Assembly: GCF_009914755.1 (NCBI RefSeq)
Contig: NC_060938.1
Direction: 5' to 3' (one strand)
DNA: 64,000 nt
Source: the human T2T-CHM13v2.0 reference genome, Homo sapiens
Made by a program: the position numbers and the translations under genes. Position 1 is the stretch's first letter, and each line of letters starts with the position of its first letter. Below are positions 30,378 to 42,790 of the stretch, piece after piece. The notes under the pieces were generated by a model. It saw only the letters and a program-made list of their open reading frames with translations. It had not been told where the DNA came from and did no database searches.

Positions 30378-30954
30378 TAATAAAAGAAATGTTTTGATCA
30401 CTACTTACTTCCTTATGAAGTCACACTAAAAAAAATGCACTTACTGTCCATCATTTGATCAAATTCATTTAAAAAAATCTTTTTGCTATGCCCTTCGCAA
30501 TGATACTGTGATTGAGACTAGGAAGTCTTTTTGTGGCCACCAACTATTCTTTGTGTAGATTGGCATGAATTTAAGCATACTTTTGTTGATTTAAATAGCA
30601 ATGCCTGTCTTTGCTTCACACACAGCTGGAGCCCATCACAATTACTCCTAACACATCCACTATTCATAAAATTATATTAATTAAATAAGAAATTTATTCT
30701 GTAAGAGAGCAAAAAGTGACCAAGCCCATCTTCCTTATGTATGTGGCACACACATAGCAAGTGAAGACCTATCTTCTTCTCAGTAAATTTATGCAATTGG
30801 ACATGCAAATTTCTGCAAGCATATACACATGGTAGTTATTTTTTTTCATGTGATTGCCATTGATATTAAGGGCATCCAAAGGCATCGTGTGACAAAGGAA
30901 TTGCATATGGATGCATATGTGTGTTGGATAATTTCATCCTACATATTTAAGGGC

Positions 30955-30977
30955 GTGTGTGTGTGTGTGTGTGTGTG
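30955..30977. repeat. (GT)n microsatellite
   Basis: gtgtgtgt... ~11 units. Confidence 0.95.
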
Positions 30978-31383
30978 ACTATCTTTGCTACTTCCATTTT
31001 GTTCAGTTTGATTTTTCCAAAGTAACTGTCTTTCCCATCACATACATTCTATAAATGTTTCTAATATGGCTTTAATTTTTTTAAATGTTTTTATTTTCTA
31101 CTCCTGTTAGTTCCCTGAGATTTTCCAAATCACTTTACATTTTGTTATGCTGTCTTAAAAGAAAAAAAACACTGTGTACTTTTAAAACTTTGATAATTAT
31201 TTAAATTCCTGCTGCTTTTAAAATTGTGTTTCTGGTATTTTACTGTATTACTGTACAGGAGTCATATAGGAGTTCTTTTCAGATTATTATTCATCTTTAA
31301 ATGGGGCTAAATATTTATTAAAGAATGGTTTAAAAGAGGTAGGGAGAGTAACCTGAAGTAGCTTTCTGTCCTATTGACAGATG

Positions 31384-31504
31384 ATTTCTGCCTAATAAAA
31401 CTGTTTATTTCCTTACAACTTAGAGTGTCTCTTCTAATTCAAATTATTTCTGCCTAACAAAACTGTTTATTTCCTTATAACTTAGCGTGTATCTCCTAAT
31501 TCAA
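31384..31504. repeat. 62-bp tandem duplication
   Basis: atttctgcctaa(t/c)aaaactgtttatttcctta(c/t)aacttag... at 31384 and 31446; 5 mismatches over 59 bp. Confidence 0.95.
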
Positions 31505-32019
31505 GTCCCCATGGCTCGAGAGCCAGTTTAGATGGCATATCAGCATGATTTCTTCTTCAGCTCTACCTTCCCTACTAATCTATGTTATTGACCTAAGACT
31601 ACATAGAGAACCTGTTCTTTAATCCTATAGCCCACCCACAACTTTTGAAATATGGTCCTAATCAAAGTATCTTCAAATCATGAGCCTTACTTTTGGAGAA
31701 ATACATTTTTTGTGTTACATACTATGAGGCATGTGTAATTTTCAAACAAATTTTATAGTAGTGTCAAGTATATACCTATTTTTCTCAATGGCATTTCTCT
31801 TTCCATTGAATATGGAAGGTCTATGCATTTTCAATATTTTATTCTTCGTAGATTATTATGCAACTTAGAGGGAAGTAGATTTAAGTGTCTTTATTCCACC
31901 TTGTTTTAACTGCAGACTTCCATATCATTTGGGATGGAAGGAGTTGGAGGAACAAATTATGCCTTCAAAACATTTCACATAATCCTTCTTAATCAGTATT
32001 TTGAAGTGAAAGCTCTTTA

Positions 32020-32420
32020 TTTATGCATTCATTTATTTAAACACTTAATGATGAATTATGATATGTCAGGCTCAGTATTAGGCCCTATAAATAAACACAA
32101 ATGAGTAAGACAGTTGTCAGTTCCTCAGGATACTCACAGACTAGTGAGGAAGCCAGGCTGCAGAACCGTAAATGTGATTTAAATAGACATATGCACAGAT
32201 GCTCTACAATCTCAGTGGATTGACTAATTTTGTCTGGGTTGGTATGGAAAGGTTGATTAATGAGGTGCCATTTGGGTTGAATTCTTGAAGGATGAGAAAT
32301 CATTCACAGGTGGAGGGTGGTAGAGAAGAACTGAAGATGGAGTAAACAGTTCGCAGGCATGATGTTGCAAAAGACCAAGTAATTTTGTAGAACTGCCAAT
32401 GTTCAGTATGACTAGAGTAT
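32020..32420 (-). mobile_element. L2 3' region
   Basis: cattcatttatttaaacacttaatg...atgtcaggctcagtattagg...ctcacagactagtgagg. Confidence 0.7.
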
Positions 32421-32739
32421 AAAGTGCCTGTTAATGAGTAGTGGGACTGGATCCCCTTCCCTCTCCTCGACTCAAGGACTTTGCTGCAGTAACTGGCACC
32501 TCTCTGTGTTGCAGCGATTTTTCTTTTGTACTGGATTACTTTCATTAGTTTACAAACAAAGTAAACAAGCCATCAAAATGCTGGCCTAAATAAAAGCCGC
32601 AGTATGAACAAACATAGAAAACCCTCTTTTTGGCCACATAAGCCCCTCCCTCTACCACCTATATCTCTTCCTTTAAAAAGAAAAACTATTTGAAAGTGCT
32701 GAATATATTTATTTTCACTAATTATCTCTCATTTTTGTT

Positions 32740-33600
32740 CTTTAAAACTGTGTTAAATGCAAATTGCTTAGAAACAAAAAAATGTGTAACTGATGTATAT
32801 GATATATATAATAAAAGTAAAAGAACACCTGCATGTATCCATGCCATAGATAAAAATATAGAATCTTAACAATGTCCTTGAAGTCCTGTGTGTTCTCTCC
32901 CTAATCCCATCTCTTTCTCCCTAGGAGAGATTCCAGAATTTTCAGCTTATTGCTTCCTTGCTTTTACCTATATCTTTAGCAAAAATTTAACTATAATCAA
33001 CATACTGCTTACCTTTGAATAAATATAAGCTTCATAAATATTTAATTATATCACATTGGGTTCTATGACATTTTTCTCAGTTTTTTATCCTGGGTGATTC
33101 CTATAGCTCTATAATTCATAAACTTTAACTGCTACATACTATCCTACTCTATGTATAATCCACAAATTATTTAACTTCTCACCTACCAATAGAAATTGGA
33201 ATTATTTCTAGCTTTTTCCTATTATAGGCAATGGCACTAGGGTCATTCTTGCCCATCTCTTTCCAAACACATGTGTTAATTTCTATATGGTGCATGTGCA
33301 CTTGTTCACCCCTGCCAAAAAATGATAAATGGTTTCAAAAGCATTGTACTCATCTTTACTCCTCTAGTAGTGTGTAAATTGCATTGCTGTATTATATCAT
33401 TCTGAATATTTAGTATTATCAGAAATGTTTTACAATCTTGTAGCTTAAAAACGTTTCATTATAGATATAATTTCCACTTCTCTATTGTTGAGTTTGACCA
33501 TATGTCTTATATTTATTGGTTTAATGTGTTTCCTCTTCTGTGATGTGTCAGTTCAAGTGTTTGCCAATTTATCTGTTTGCTAATTTATCTGCATTTGTGT
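32740..33600 (-). mobile_element. L1ME 3' region
   Basis: aacacctgcatgtatccatgcc...cttgaagtcctgtgtgttctctccctaatcc...gtttcctcttctgtgatgtgtcagttcaag. Confidence 0.65.
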
Positions 33601-33629
33601 TAATTTCATTAGGTTTTCTAATTTTTCCA

Positions 33630-34005
33630 TTCATGGAACCCTCTCTTGGAAACACTATCTCTACAGGTAACTGTACGGGTCTCCCCTTCTCTCTTAAGTC
33701 TCTTAAGTAGAGAGTCAGGAGTCTCTACCTGACTATCTGGCATTCCCTAAAATCAACAGTGCCACACAATCTCCCTTCTCCCAAACACACATTATTTTCT
33801 ATCGAATTATCATTTGTTTTTTTTTCCTCAAGGCACCTATTGCATAACAGTAGAAAATATATCTGTTATTTATACATTTCTCTAATTGAATGTAAGCTCT
33901 ACCGTGCCAATGATTTCATTTTTAGTACCGGATCATAATTGCCTAGGAAAAAAACCGGAATATGTTATGTGCTAAGTACTATTCACTGCTGAACGAATAA
34001 ATGTA
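33630..34005 (+). mobile_element. L2 3' end
   Basis: gaatgtaagctctacc...gtgctaagtactattcactgctgaacgaataaatg. Confidence 0.7.
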
Positions 34006-35479
34006 TTGAACCTAATCATGTGCCTCTATACTTTAACACATCGCATATTCAGCAAATGAACAGGACAAACTTTTAAGAAATATAGTAGTACTCAAAGTAA
34101 TAGTTTAATGGTGAAAATAGCTGATTTGTCATTTATTACCACAGAATCTTAATTTGCTTCTCCATTGTAGAGGTTACCTATCCACATTGAAACTTGTTCT
34201 CTTATATAAAAATAAGGCTAATAATAATATTTCCAAGCTGGCTGAGAATCTTAAATAAGATTCTGTTTGCAGGTGAACCTCTGTAAACTTGCAAGTTTTT
34301 GCCTAATGTTGCATTTAATTTAACAAAACTTTTATCAAAAACTCTTAGAAGGTATTTGTTGAAATTACATTAAAGAAGAATTATAATCAGTGTCTTTAGT
34401 CTTTTTAAAATATCAAGTAGAATCAAAGACACAGATAAATAAACAATAAGTCTTTAAAAAATTTATCTGCAAATTAGTAGTCATAACATCAAAAAAGGGA
34501 GAAAATTTAATCATGATTTGAAAGACAAGGCTACATAAAATGTAATAAAATAAGACAGAACTGTGTTTAATGCTGTATTAATTTGGGAATTGTCTTACAA
34601 GAACGTTTAGGACCATTGGCTGGACTGCAGTATTATCAAGGATTTATTTTATAAATCAGAACTCTCTGTCTAATCACACCAAAGTCAACTGTTGAACTAC
34701 GTAAAGAAATATTTACCAGACTTCTAATAAATGCTAGTGAAAATACTTCAATATTGCAAACCTTTTTCTGTTAGAACAGTAGAACAGTTGTTTCTGTGAA
34801 CTGGATTGTGCTATTAGTCATTTTGTTTAAGAAAATGGTCTAAAGGAGAACAATGTTTACATGAATTTACGGAATGTTATATAGGCTTATAAAGACTATG
34901 TTTAAAATATATACTAAAGATTCTATTAAAGTGCAACCAATTTATATAAATATGTAGGATTTTTCTATTACAATTATTTCCTTAAAAGTAGCTTTTCCAA
35001 AAAATATGATTAATTAAACCAAACAAGTATTTCAACTTTAAGGTTTTATTTAAAAATAAAAATGTATACAGTATAACACACTAGATTTTTTTAGTATTTC
35101 AGTGTTCATTTTTATGGGTTTTTATTTTTTCAGAACTTTTTTCACCTTAATAGTAAGGTAAAGAATTTTCAAAACGATTTAGAGTTGTTTAATATGTTTC
35201 ATAAATCACAGGCTTTTATGTTTTTTTTTCTATTCACTATACAGCAAGTGGTTTTAAAACTACAGAAATCTGTTTTAGAGATTATAAATCAGACTGGTAA
35301 GCAATGCATTGCTGGTTTATTGTCATTAACTCATATGCTCAGTGTCATTCACCATCTCATCTCATGTTCCTTGGAGAGCTTGAAATCACCTATCATAATA
35401 AATCAGAACAACAAACAGAAATTGTGAAGGATTGCACATAGCAGTTCTGCATTACAAATGTCCCACTCTTGCATTTTTT

Positions 35480-37330
35480 TCCAGCCCATCAAACTAAAAA
35501 TAGTCAAAACTAAGTTTATCATTTATCCCCCTACTTCCATAAATTTATTTTCCTGACTTCCCTATTTCTGCTGATGGCATTGCTATTCTTCTAATTGTCC
35601 ATGCTAAAATATATATGGGTATATTATAACTCTTCCTTCTCTTTAGATTTCACATATCGTTGAACATCATCTCTTGTGGACTGAACCTCTATAGAGTAAC
35701 TCCACTATTATTTTATAACTTCCATCAGCTTCTTATTTAAGTCCCTCCTTACCTATCATTTTGTCTTTTACAAGAGGATTCTGAAAAAGAGCTACAGCAT
35801 CCACTTGCTGGCCCCATTGATTAATCTTTCCTGGCAGATAACATTCCCAAGGTACAGCCTGATTGTATTATTATACTGCTCACAGAATGCAGGTAAAGCT
35901 TTCCCTTACCTCCTAAAAAGTGCACATTATCAACATTTGCTCCTAGTACAGAGACAGAGAGAGAGAGATGGTGAAGTTCTTGTGGGTACTGCTATAGTGT
36001 GTTCTAAGATCTAAGAGGGACCCAACGTGGGGCAGAGCCATTTGTCAGCTACCCAACAGGACACAAGAAAACTAGAGAAGACCCACTACCAAGTTTTCTG
36101 TGAACATTTTTCTTTTTTGGACTTCTTATCATAAAAACCCCATATTTTACAAGAAATTCTTCACAATGTGAGTCTCTGAGGGAAGCAGGGAATCTGCCCC
36201 CTGTGACAGCCTGAGACAGATATTTTTCTCTTTCTACATCCTTCAAGCCAAGGTGAGGGCAAATTGTCCAGGCTCAGACAATTACATGCTACTAGCTAGA
36301 AATTTTATTCATGAAGAAAGGTCACAAAGAAGAATGGAAGGAGAGTTTGAATCTATGGTTGCAACAGCAATGTATAGCTGTGTAAAGTAGCAAGCTCACT
36401 CTGTAGGTCATCACTATCTGCAGCAGTGGCCTACCCTTCATGGTGGGGGGATTAGCTCAAAGTTCCAGCACAGATTTTACATATTTATTGCAGTCTATTT
36501 TAGGCATTAGAAGCACAATGAGGAAATTCATCCATAGGAATGAAGCCTGGATATCATTTTGTAAATACAGTTGGTGATGGCAGACATGCTAGAGTCTGGT
36601 TCATTCCAGACATTTTATCTGAAATAAGAAGGCAGAAGCCAGAAGTGAGGTTAGTAACATCAAAATGGGATGCCATGAACAAGGAAATTATCTTAGAATT
36701 TTCTTTTTTTCCTCATATAGTTTGCTCGTTAGTTTCCTAGACAGGAAAAAAGTAATCCTGTCTTTAAAGTCACAATAAAAGTAAGTCACATAGGTGAGTG
36801 GGCTGGCTGCTCCAAGAGAGTAGTTAGAGGTCGGTGGACAGCAAGAAATGTGTGATGTAGAGATTGACGATTCCAAGGTGAGACTTGGAAATGGTGTTTC
36901 TAAAACTTTCTAGCCTCAGGAAAGAGGTTCTTGATATGTCGTTCTTTGTTTTTAGCAGAGAGATTATGCTAGCAGTAAATGGCTGAGTATTAATTTTGAA
37001 GAGCTGGAAAGGGGTCTGATATAGGGTACTCTGTAATCTGGCACTTATTCTCCTGCATTTTTTCTTCAGTTTTCTACCTATGCCCTATTCTCCAATAAAA
37101 TAAGACTTTTTTACACACTGAATACTCTGTACACTTTCTAGATGCTGGCTTTTATTTTATTTTTTAAAATTGATGCTGTACTTTGTTTAGAAATAATTCT
37201 TTCTCTGGCTTTGTATACCAAAATTCATCAAAGCCAAGTTGAATGGTAAGTTCTTTCATGAGCTCTGAGATGATCTACCTATCTGTAATTTCTTCCATTA
37301 CAAAACCTTCTCAGGACTTTGTACTACACT
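35480..37330 (+). mobile_element. L2 fragments (~35480-35940 and ~37030-37330) flanking the Gypsy-like insert
   Basis: tcaaaactaagtttatcatttatccc...tttcctgacttccctatttctgctgatggcattgctattc; later ctgtaatctggcac...aattcatcaaagccaag. Confidence 0.55.
36016..36740 (+). mobile_element. Degenerate Ty3/Gypsy-type internal region (MamGyp-like) with tRNA-Lys PBS and PNMA-like gag remnant
   Basis: agggacccaacgtggggc (36016-36033) is 15/18 identical to PBS-Lys1,2 TGGCGCCCAACGTGGGGC; downstream motifs GEFES, PTL and *ALEAQ*G-x11-FVNT. Confidence 0.6.
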
Positions 37331-37522
37331 GAATACCACAGCCCTGGTTAAGTGGCAGGCTGAAATCCATTGAGTAGCAAAAATCAGTCAAGCCAGGAAA
37401 GAATCCTGGGGTACAGGTTAACACAAGGACTGGCCTCTCCCTGGTAGCAAAAATTCAGAACTACATTCCTTAGCACTGGGCCTGTTAGCCAGATCATTGC
37501 ACACAGGCTGGGGGAAAGATGG

Positions 37523-40500
37523 AGCTATAGTTTGGATGTTTACCCCCAAACTTCATATTGAAATCTGATCCCCAATGTTGGAGGCAAGGCCTAGTGGGAG
37601 GTGTTTGGGTCATGGATGTGGATTACTTATTAACAGCTTCATGCTGTCCTCATGGTAATGAATGAGTTCTCACCCTATTACTTCCTGAAAGAGTTAACCT
37701 GAGAGCTGGTGGTTTAAAAGAGCACCTACCCTCTGTCTCTTGTCTCAACATGTAATTTACACACACTAGTTTCCCTTCACCTTCTGCAATGAGAAGAAGC
37801 AGCATTAAAACCTTAGCAGAAGCAGATGCTGGTGTTGTCATGCTTGTACAGCCTGCAGAACCATGAGCCAAATAATGAGCCTTAGCAGCCTTCACCTAGA
37901 TTTCAGAGGATGAAATCTCTGAAAATGTCTAGAGGTCAAGGCAGAAGTCTGGTCCGGGGGTGGAGCCCTTATGGAAAACTTCTACTTGGGCAATACAGAG
38001 GGAAAATGTGGGATTGGAGCCTCCACACTGAGTCCCCACTGAGGAACTGCCTAGTGGAGCTGTGAGAAGAGGTCCACCATCCTCTAGACCCCAAAATGGT
38101 GATCCACCAAGAGCTTGCACTGTGCTCCAGGAAAAGATGCAGGCACTCAACACCAGACCATGAAAGCAACCACAGGGGCTGTACCCTGCAGAGCCACAGG
38201 TACAGAGCTGCCCAGAGACATGGGAGCCCAGCTCTCACCTCAGTGTGCCCTAGATGTGAGACATGGAGTCAAAGAAGATTATTTTGGAACTTTAAGATTT
38301 AACAAATGCCCTGCTGGGTTTCAGAATTGAATGGGGACTATGGCCCATTTGTTTTGGCCAATTTCTCCAATTTTGAGTGAGAACATTTACCCAATATCTG
38401 TACCTCCATTGTATCTTGGAAGTCACTAACTTGATTTTGATTTTACAGGGTCATAGGCAGAGGGACTTGCCTTGTCTCTGATGAGACTTTGGACTTGGAC
38501 TTTTTAGTCAGTGCTGGAATGAATTAAGACTTTGGGGGACTGTTGGGAAGGCATGATTGATTTTGCAATGTGAGAAGGACATGAGATTTGGGAGGGGCCA
38601 GGGGCAGAATGATATGGCTTGATTCTGTGTCTCCACCCAAATCTCATCTGGAATTGTAATCCCCATGTGTTGAGGGAGGGACCTGTTGGAAGGTGATTCG
38701 ATGATAGGGGCAGTTTCCCCCATGCTGTTCTCATAATAGTGAGGAAATTATCATGAGATCTGATGGTTTAAAAGTGGCACTTTCCTGTGCCCACTCTTTG
38801 TGAAGGCACCTGCTTCCATGGCACCTTCTGCCATGATTGTAAGTTTCCTGAGGCCTCCCCAGTCATGTGGAAATGTGACTCAATTAAACTTCTTTCCTTT
38901 TTAAATTACCCAGTTTCAAGTATTTCTTTAGAGCAGTGTGAGAATGGACTAATACAGAGGTGTTATTACAAAGATACCTGAAAATGTAGAAGTGGCTTTG
39001 GAACTGGATAATGGGCAGAAGTTGGAAAAGTGTGGAGGAGCAAGCTAGAAAAGGACTGTATTGCCATGAGTGAAACATTCTGGCAAGGGCACCAAAGAAG
39101 ACAAAAAGACAAGAGAAATTTTGAAACTTCTTAGAAATTGGTTAAGTGGTTGTGAACAAAATGCTGATGGAATATGTTAGTAAAGACCATCCTGAAGAGG
39201 TCTCAGATGGAAATGGGGAACTTACTGGAAATTGAAGCAAATGTCACCCTTGTTATGCTGCAGCAAAGAACTTGGCTACATCGTGTCCATCTGTAGGGCT
39301 TTGTGGAAGGCCAAACTTAAGAGTGATGACCTGGGGTATCTGGCAGGAGAAATTACTAATCAGAAAAGTGCTCAAGAAGTGGTGTGGCTGCATTTAATAG
39401 CTGAAGATTAGACAAGGGAGAAAAGGGATGATCAAAAGTTAGAAGTAATAATTAAATGGGAAACAGAGCATAAAAATTTGAAAATTTATAGCCTGTCCAT
39501 GTGGCAGAGAAGGAAAGAGCATTTTCAGGCAAGAAACCTAAGGGTGCTGGGCAGCAGCCACTTACTAGAAAGATAAGCCCAGATAAAAGCATCTAGGTGC
39601 TAACAGTCAAGACAATGGGAAAAAGGCCCTGCAGGCATTTCAGAAATCTTTTGAATTGGCTTCTCTTATCACAGACCTGGGATGACAGATGGTTTTGGGG
39701 TCAGGTCCAGGGTGCCACTGCCTTGAAACACTTTGAGATGCTGCTTCCTGCATCCAGACCCCTCTGGCTGAAGCATCCAATGCTCAAATGGTCCCAGGTA
39801 CAGCTCAGGACCTAGCTCGAGAGAGTCCAAGCCATAAGCCTTGGCAGCTTCCACATGGTCATTAAGAGTGCAGATATGCAGATTGCAGGAATAGAGGAGG
39901 CTTGGAAACTTCCACCTAGATTTCAAAGGGTATGCTGGAATTCCTGGGTGCACAGGAAGAAGCCTGTCATAGGGGTGGAACCCACACAGAGATTCTACTA
40001 AGGCAATGCTGAAATGGGGGTTTGGAACCCGCATGGAAAGTCCCCACTCTGGGCACTGCCTAGTGGATCTATAGGAGCAAGGCAACTGCCCTCCAGACCC
40101 TAGAATTATAGAGCCACCAGTAGGTTGCAACTTCAGCCAAAAAAAGCTGCAGGCATTTGACTCTAACCTGTGAGAGCAGCCATGTGAGCTATACCCAACA
40201 AATCCACAGAGTGGGGCTGCATGAGGCTTTAGGGGTTCACCCCTTGAACCATATGCCCCAGATGCAAGACATGGAGACAAGGGAGGTCATTTTGGAGCTT
40301 TAAGATTTACTGTCTGTCCTACTAGGTTTTGGACTTACATAGGACCTGTTACCCCCTTTTCTTTTGACCTATTTCTCCCTTTTAGAATGGGAATGTATAC
40401 CCTTTTCCTGTTCCACCCTTGTATCTTGAAAGTAAACAACTTGGTTTTGACTCAGAACTGTGAGGAACTTTCCTTGAGTCTCAGATGAGATTTTGAATTT

Positions 40501-41040
40501 TTAAACTGATTCTGAAACAAGTTAAGACTTTTAGGGGTTATTGGGATGTAATAGTTGTACTTTGCATGTGAGAAGAACATGAGCCTCGGGGGGGCCAGGT
40601 TTTGAGTGCTATAGTGTGGAGGATTGTCCCCAAATCTCATGTTGAAATTGGATACCAGTGTTGAAGGTGGGGCCAAATGGGACATGTTTTGGTCATGAGC
40701 GTGGATCCCTCATGAATGGCTTAGTGCTCACTCAAGGTAATGAGTGAGTTTTTTTCTCTATTAGTTCCCAGGAGAGTTACCCAAAGAGCTGGTTGTTAAA
40801 AAGTGCCTGGGACTTTCCCTTTCTCTCTTGCTTCCTCTTCCACCACGCTATCTGCACATGTGGGTTCCCTTTCCCCTTTTCTCAGGAGTGGAAGCAGCCT
40901 GAAGCCCTCACCAGAAATGGATACTATTAGTTCTGTGCTTCTTGCACAGACTGCAGAATCATAAGCCAAATAAACATATTTTCTTTATAAATTACCCAGC
41001 CTCAGGTATTCTTTTATAGCAACACAAACAAACTGAGGCA
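37523..41040 (+). mobile_element. MSTB-like MaLR provirus (5' LTR 37523-37875 truncated, internal 38957-40606, 3' LTR 40607-41040)
   Basis: Two similar LTRs (gctatag..., gagagttaacctgagagctgg / gagagttacccaaagagctgg), MST-int between them, near-TSD gatgg/gaagg. Confidence 0.9.
37876..38956 (+). mobile_element. THE1D/MSTA-like 3' internal region (37876-38609) and LTR (38610-38956) inside the MST provirus
   Basis: PPT gggaggggccaggggcagaa followed by tgatatggcttgattctgtgtctccacccaaatctc...gagaatggactaataca. Confidence 0.88.
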
Positions 41041-41185
41041 GAAGGCTTTCGCGCAGTGCAAATGAAGAACCAAGGGGCATCCCAAACTATAAGCAGAACT
41101 TCTTTCTTTCTTCATCTCACTAGTAAATGGAAAGTCTTGCCATTCTTCTAGGCCAGGGTCTCTAGTTGAGGAGTCAGAGCTTCAA

Positions 41186-41212
41186 ACACACACACACACA
41201 CACACACACACA
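41186..41212. repeat. (CA)n microsatellite
   Basis: acacacac... ~13 units. Confidence 0.95.
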
Positions 41213-42285
41213 AAGTTATTGCTTGCACTTCAGTGAAACAAGGTAGACAGGGACTGAGGATACTCTTCTTTTATGGTGTGTTTACTATCTCTTTTTTCTT
41301 ATAAGTTATAGCTGCAAAAAAGCTTTCTCGTTCCTTTGAGTTTCCTACTATACACAATTCTATAGAGAGTCTCAATAAAATTTTATTGAAAAAATAAACA
41401 ATTACCACTGTATCAATAAAAAGTTAAAAATGTTATCTAGGTTAGTGTTATCAATGTATATTCAATTCCTCTTTAGCATCAAATAACATAATCTGCAGAT
41501 AGAAATTATTTCTTCACGTGCATTTAACATTCAGAAAAATATCAACCCCAGTCCTTCTCACCCATGCTATTTTTATCACTTGATGAGTATTTTGATGCAC
41601 TTTTGTGAGTATATTTAGTAACAGAGTTAGGCTCTTTTCTTAGGTATACACTGATTACGTCAACCCAAAAATCAATGGCATTTGAGTGACTTCCACTGTG
41701 TTTCTGTAAAAGACTAAGGATTGGTAATTGTAACACATTTCATACCTTTATGTAATAGAATCCAAAACAATAAAATCATATACTGTGAAAAATGTAGTTA
41801 ACTCTTCATGAAAAATAATCTTAATGTCTTCAATCAAAATCGCATCTTCATTTTCTTTATGCTTGCATTTGTGGAAAATAAATGAGCCAGTGAATTGCTG
41901 TATTCCTAAACTGTATACCTTTAAAAGAGTAACACATTATTATCTGATTGATTTTGTTCCAGGTAATTATGTGGAAATGGTTATCATGAGATATAAAAAG
42001 CAAATGGTTTTCTTTTTTGAATCATGTCTGTATCAAAAATGTTTTAAAATTTATAGAAAAGATGCCACAACTATATTATCAATTTATGAAAACTAAAGAA
42101 ACATTAAAAAGTGAGAATTCTCATGTGATGTTATGATTATTTACAACTGAAATAGTAATTCAACTTTAAAATTAACTATACAGAAAATATTCTGAAATCA
42201 AAATTTTCAAAAGATGCTTAATAATATATCAAGAGGGTGACCATATGCTATAATTATTCCATTTATATTTTGGTGCTTACTATAA

Positions 42286-42604
<319 letters not shown>

Positions 42605-42614
42605 TAAAAAGACT

Positions 42615-42790
42615 TAATATGACATTCTCTATGTGCTAGGTAATGTGGTAATTGAAAGGATCAATGTTATTTCATTTAATTCTTGCAATAGGCCTGTAAA
42701 TGAAAAACCTTAATTGCAAAGCAGTTTAATAACTTTCCTAAAGTCAAATAATTTGTACATAATTTGAAATTGTTTTCTGACTAAAAATCA
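42615..42790 (-). mobile_element. MIR
   Basis: ctatgtgctagg...ttatttcatttaattcttgcaataggcctgta...aataactttcctaaagtca. Confidence 0.65.

Noticed and set aside
39669-40280. 203-aa - strand ORF
   Set aside because: Antisense reading of the MST internal sequence with no recognisable domain
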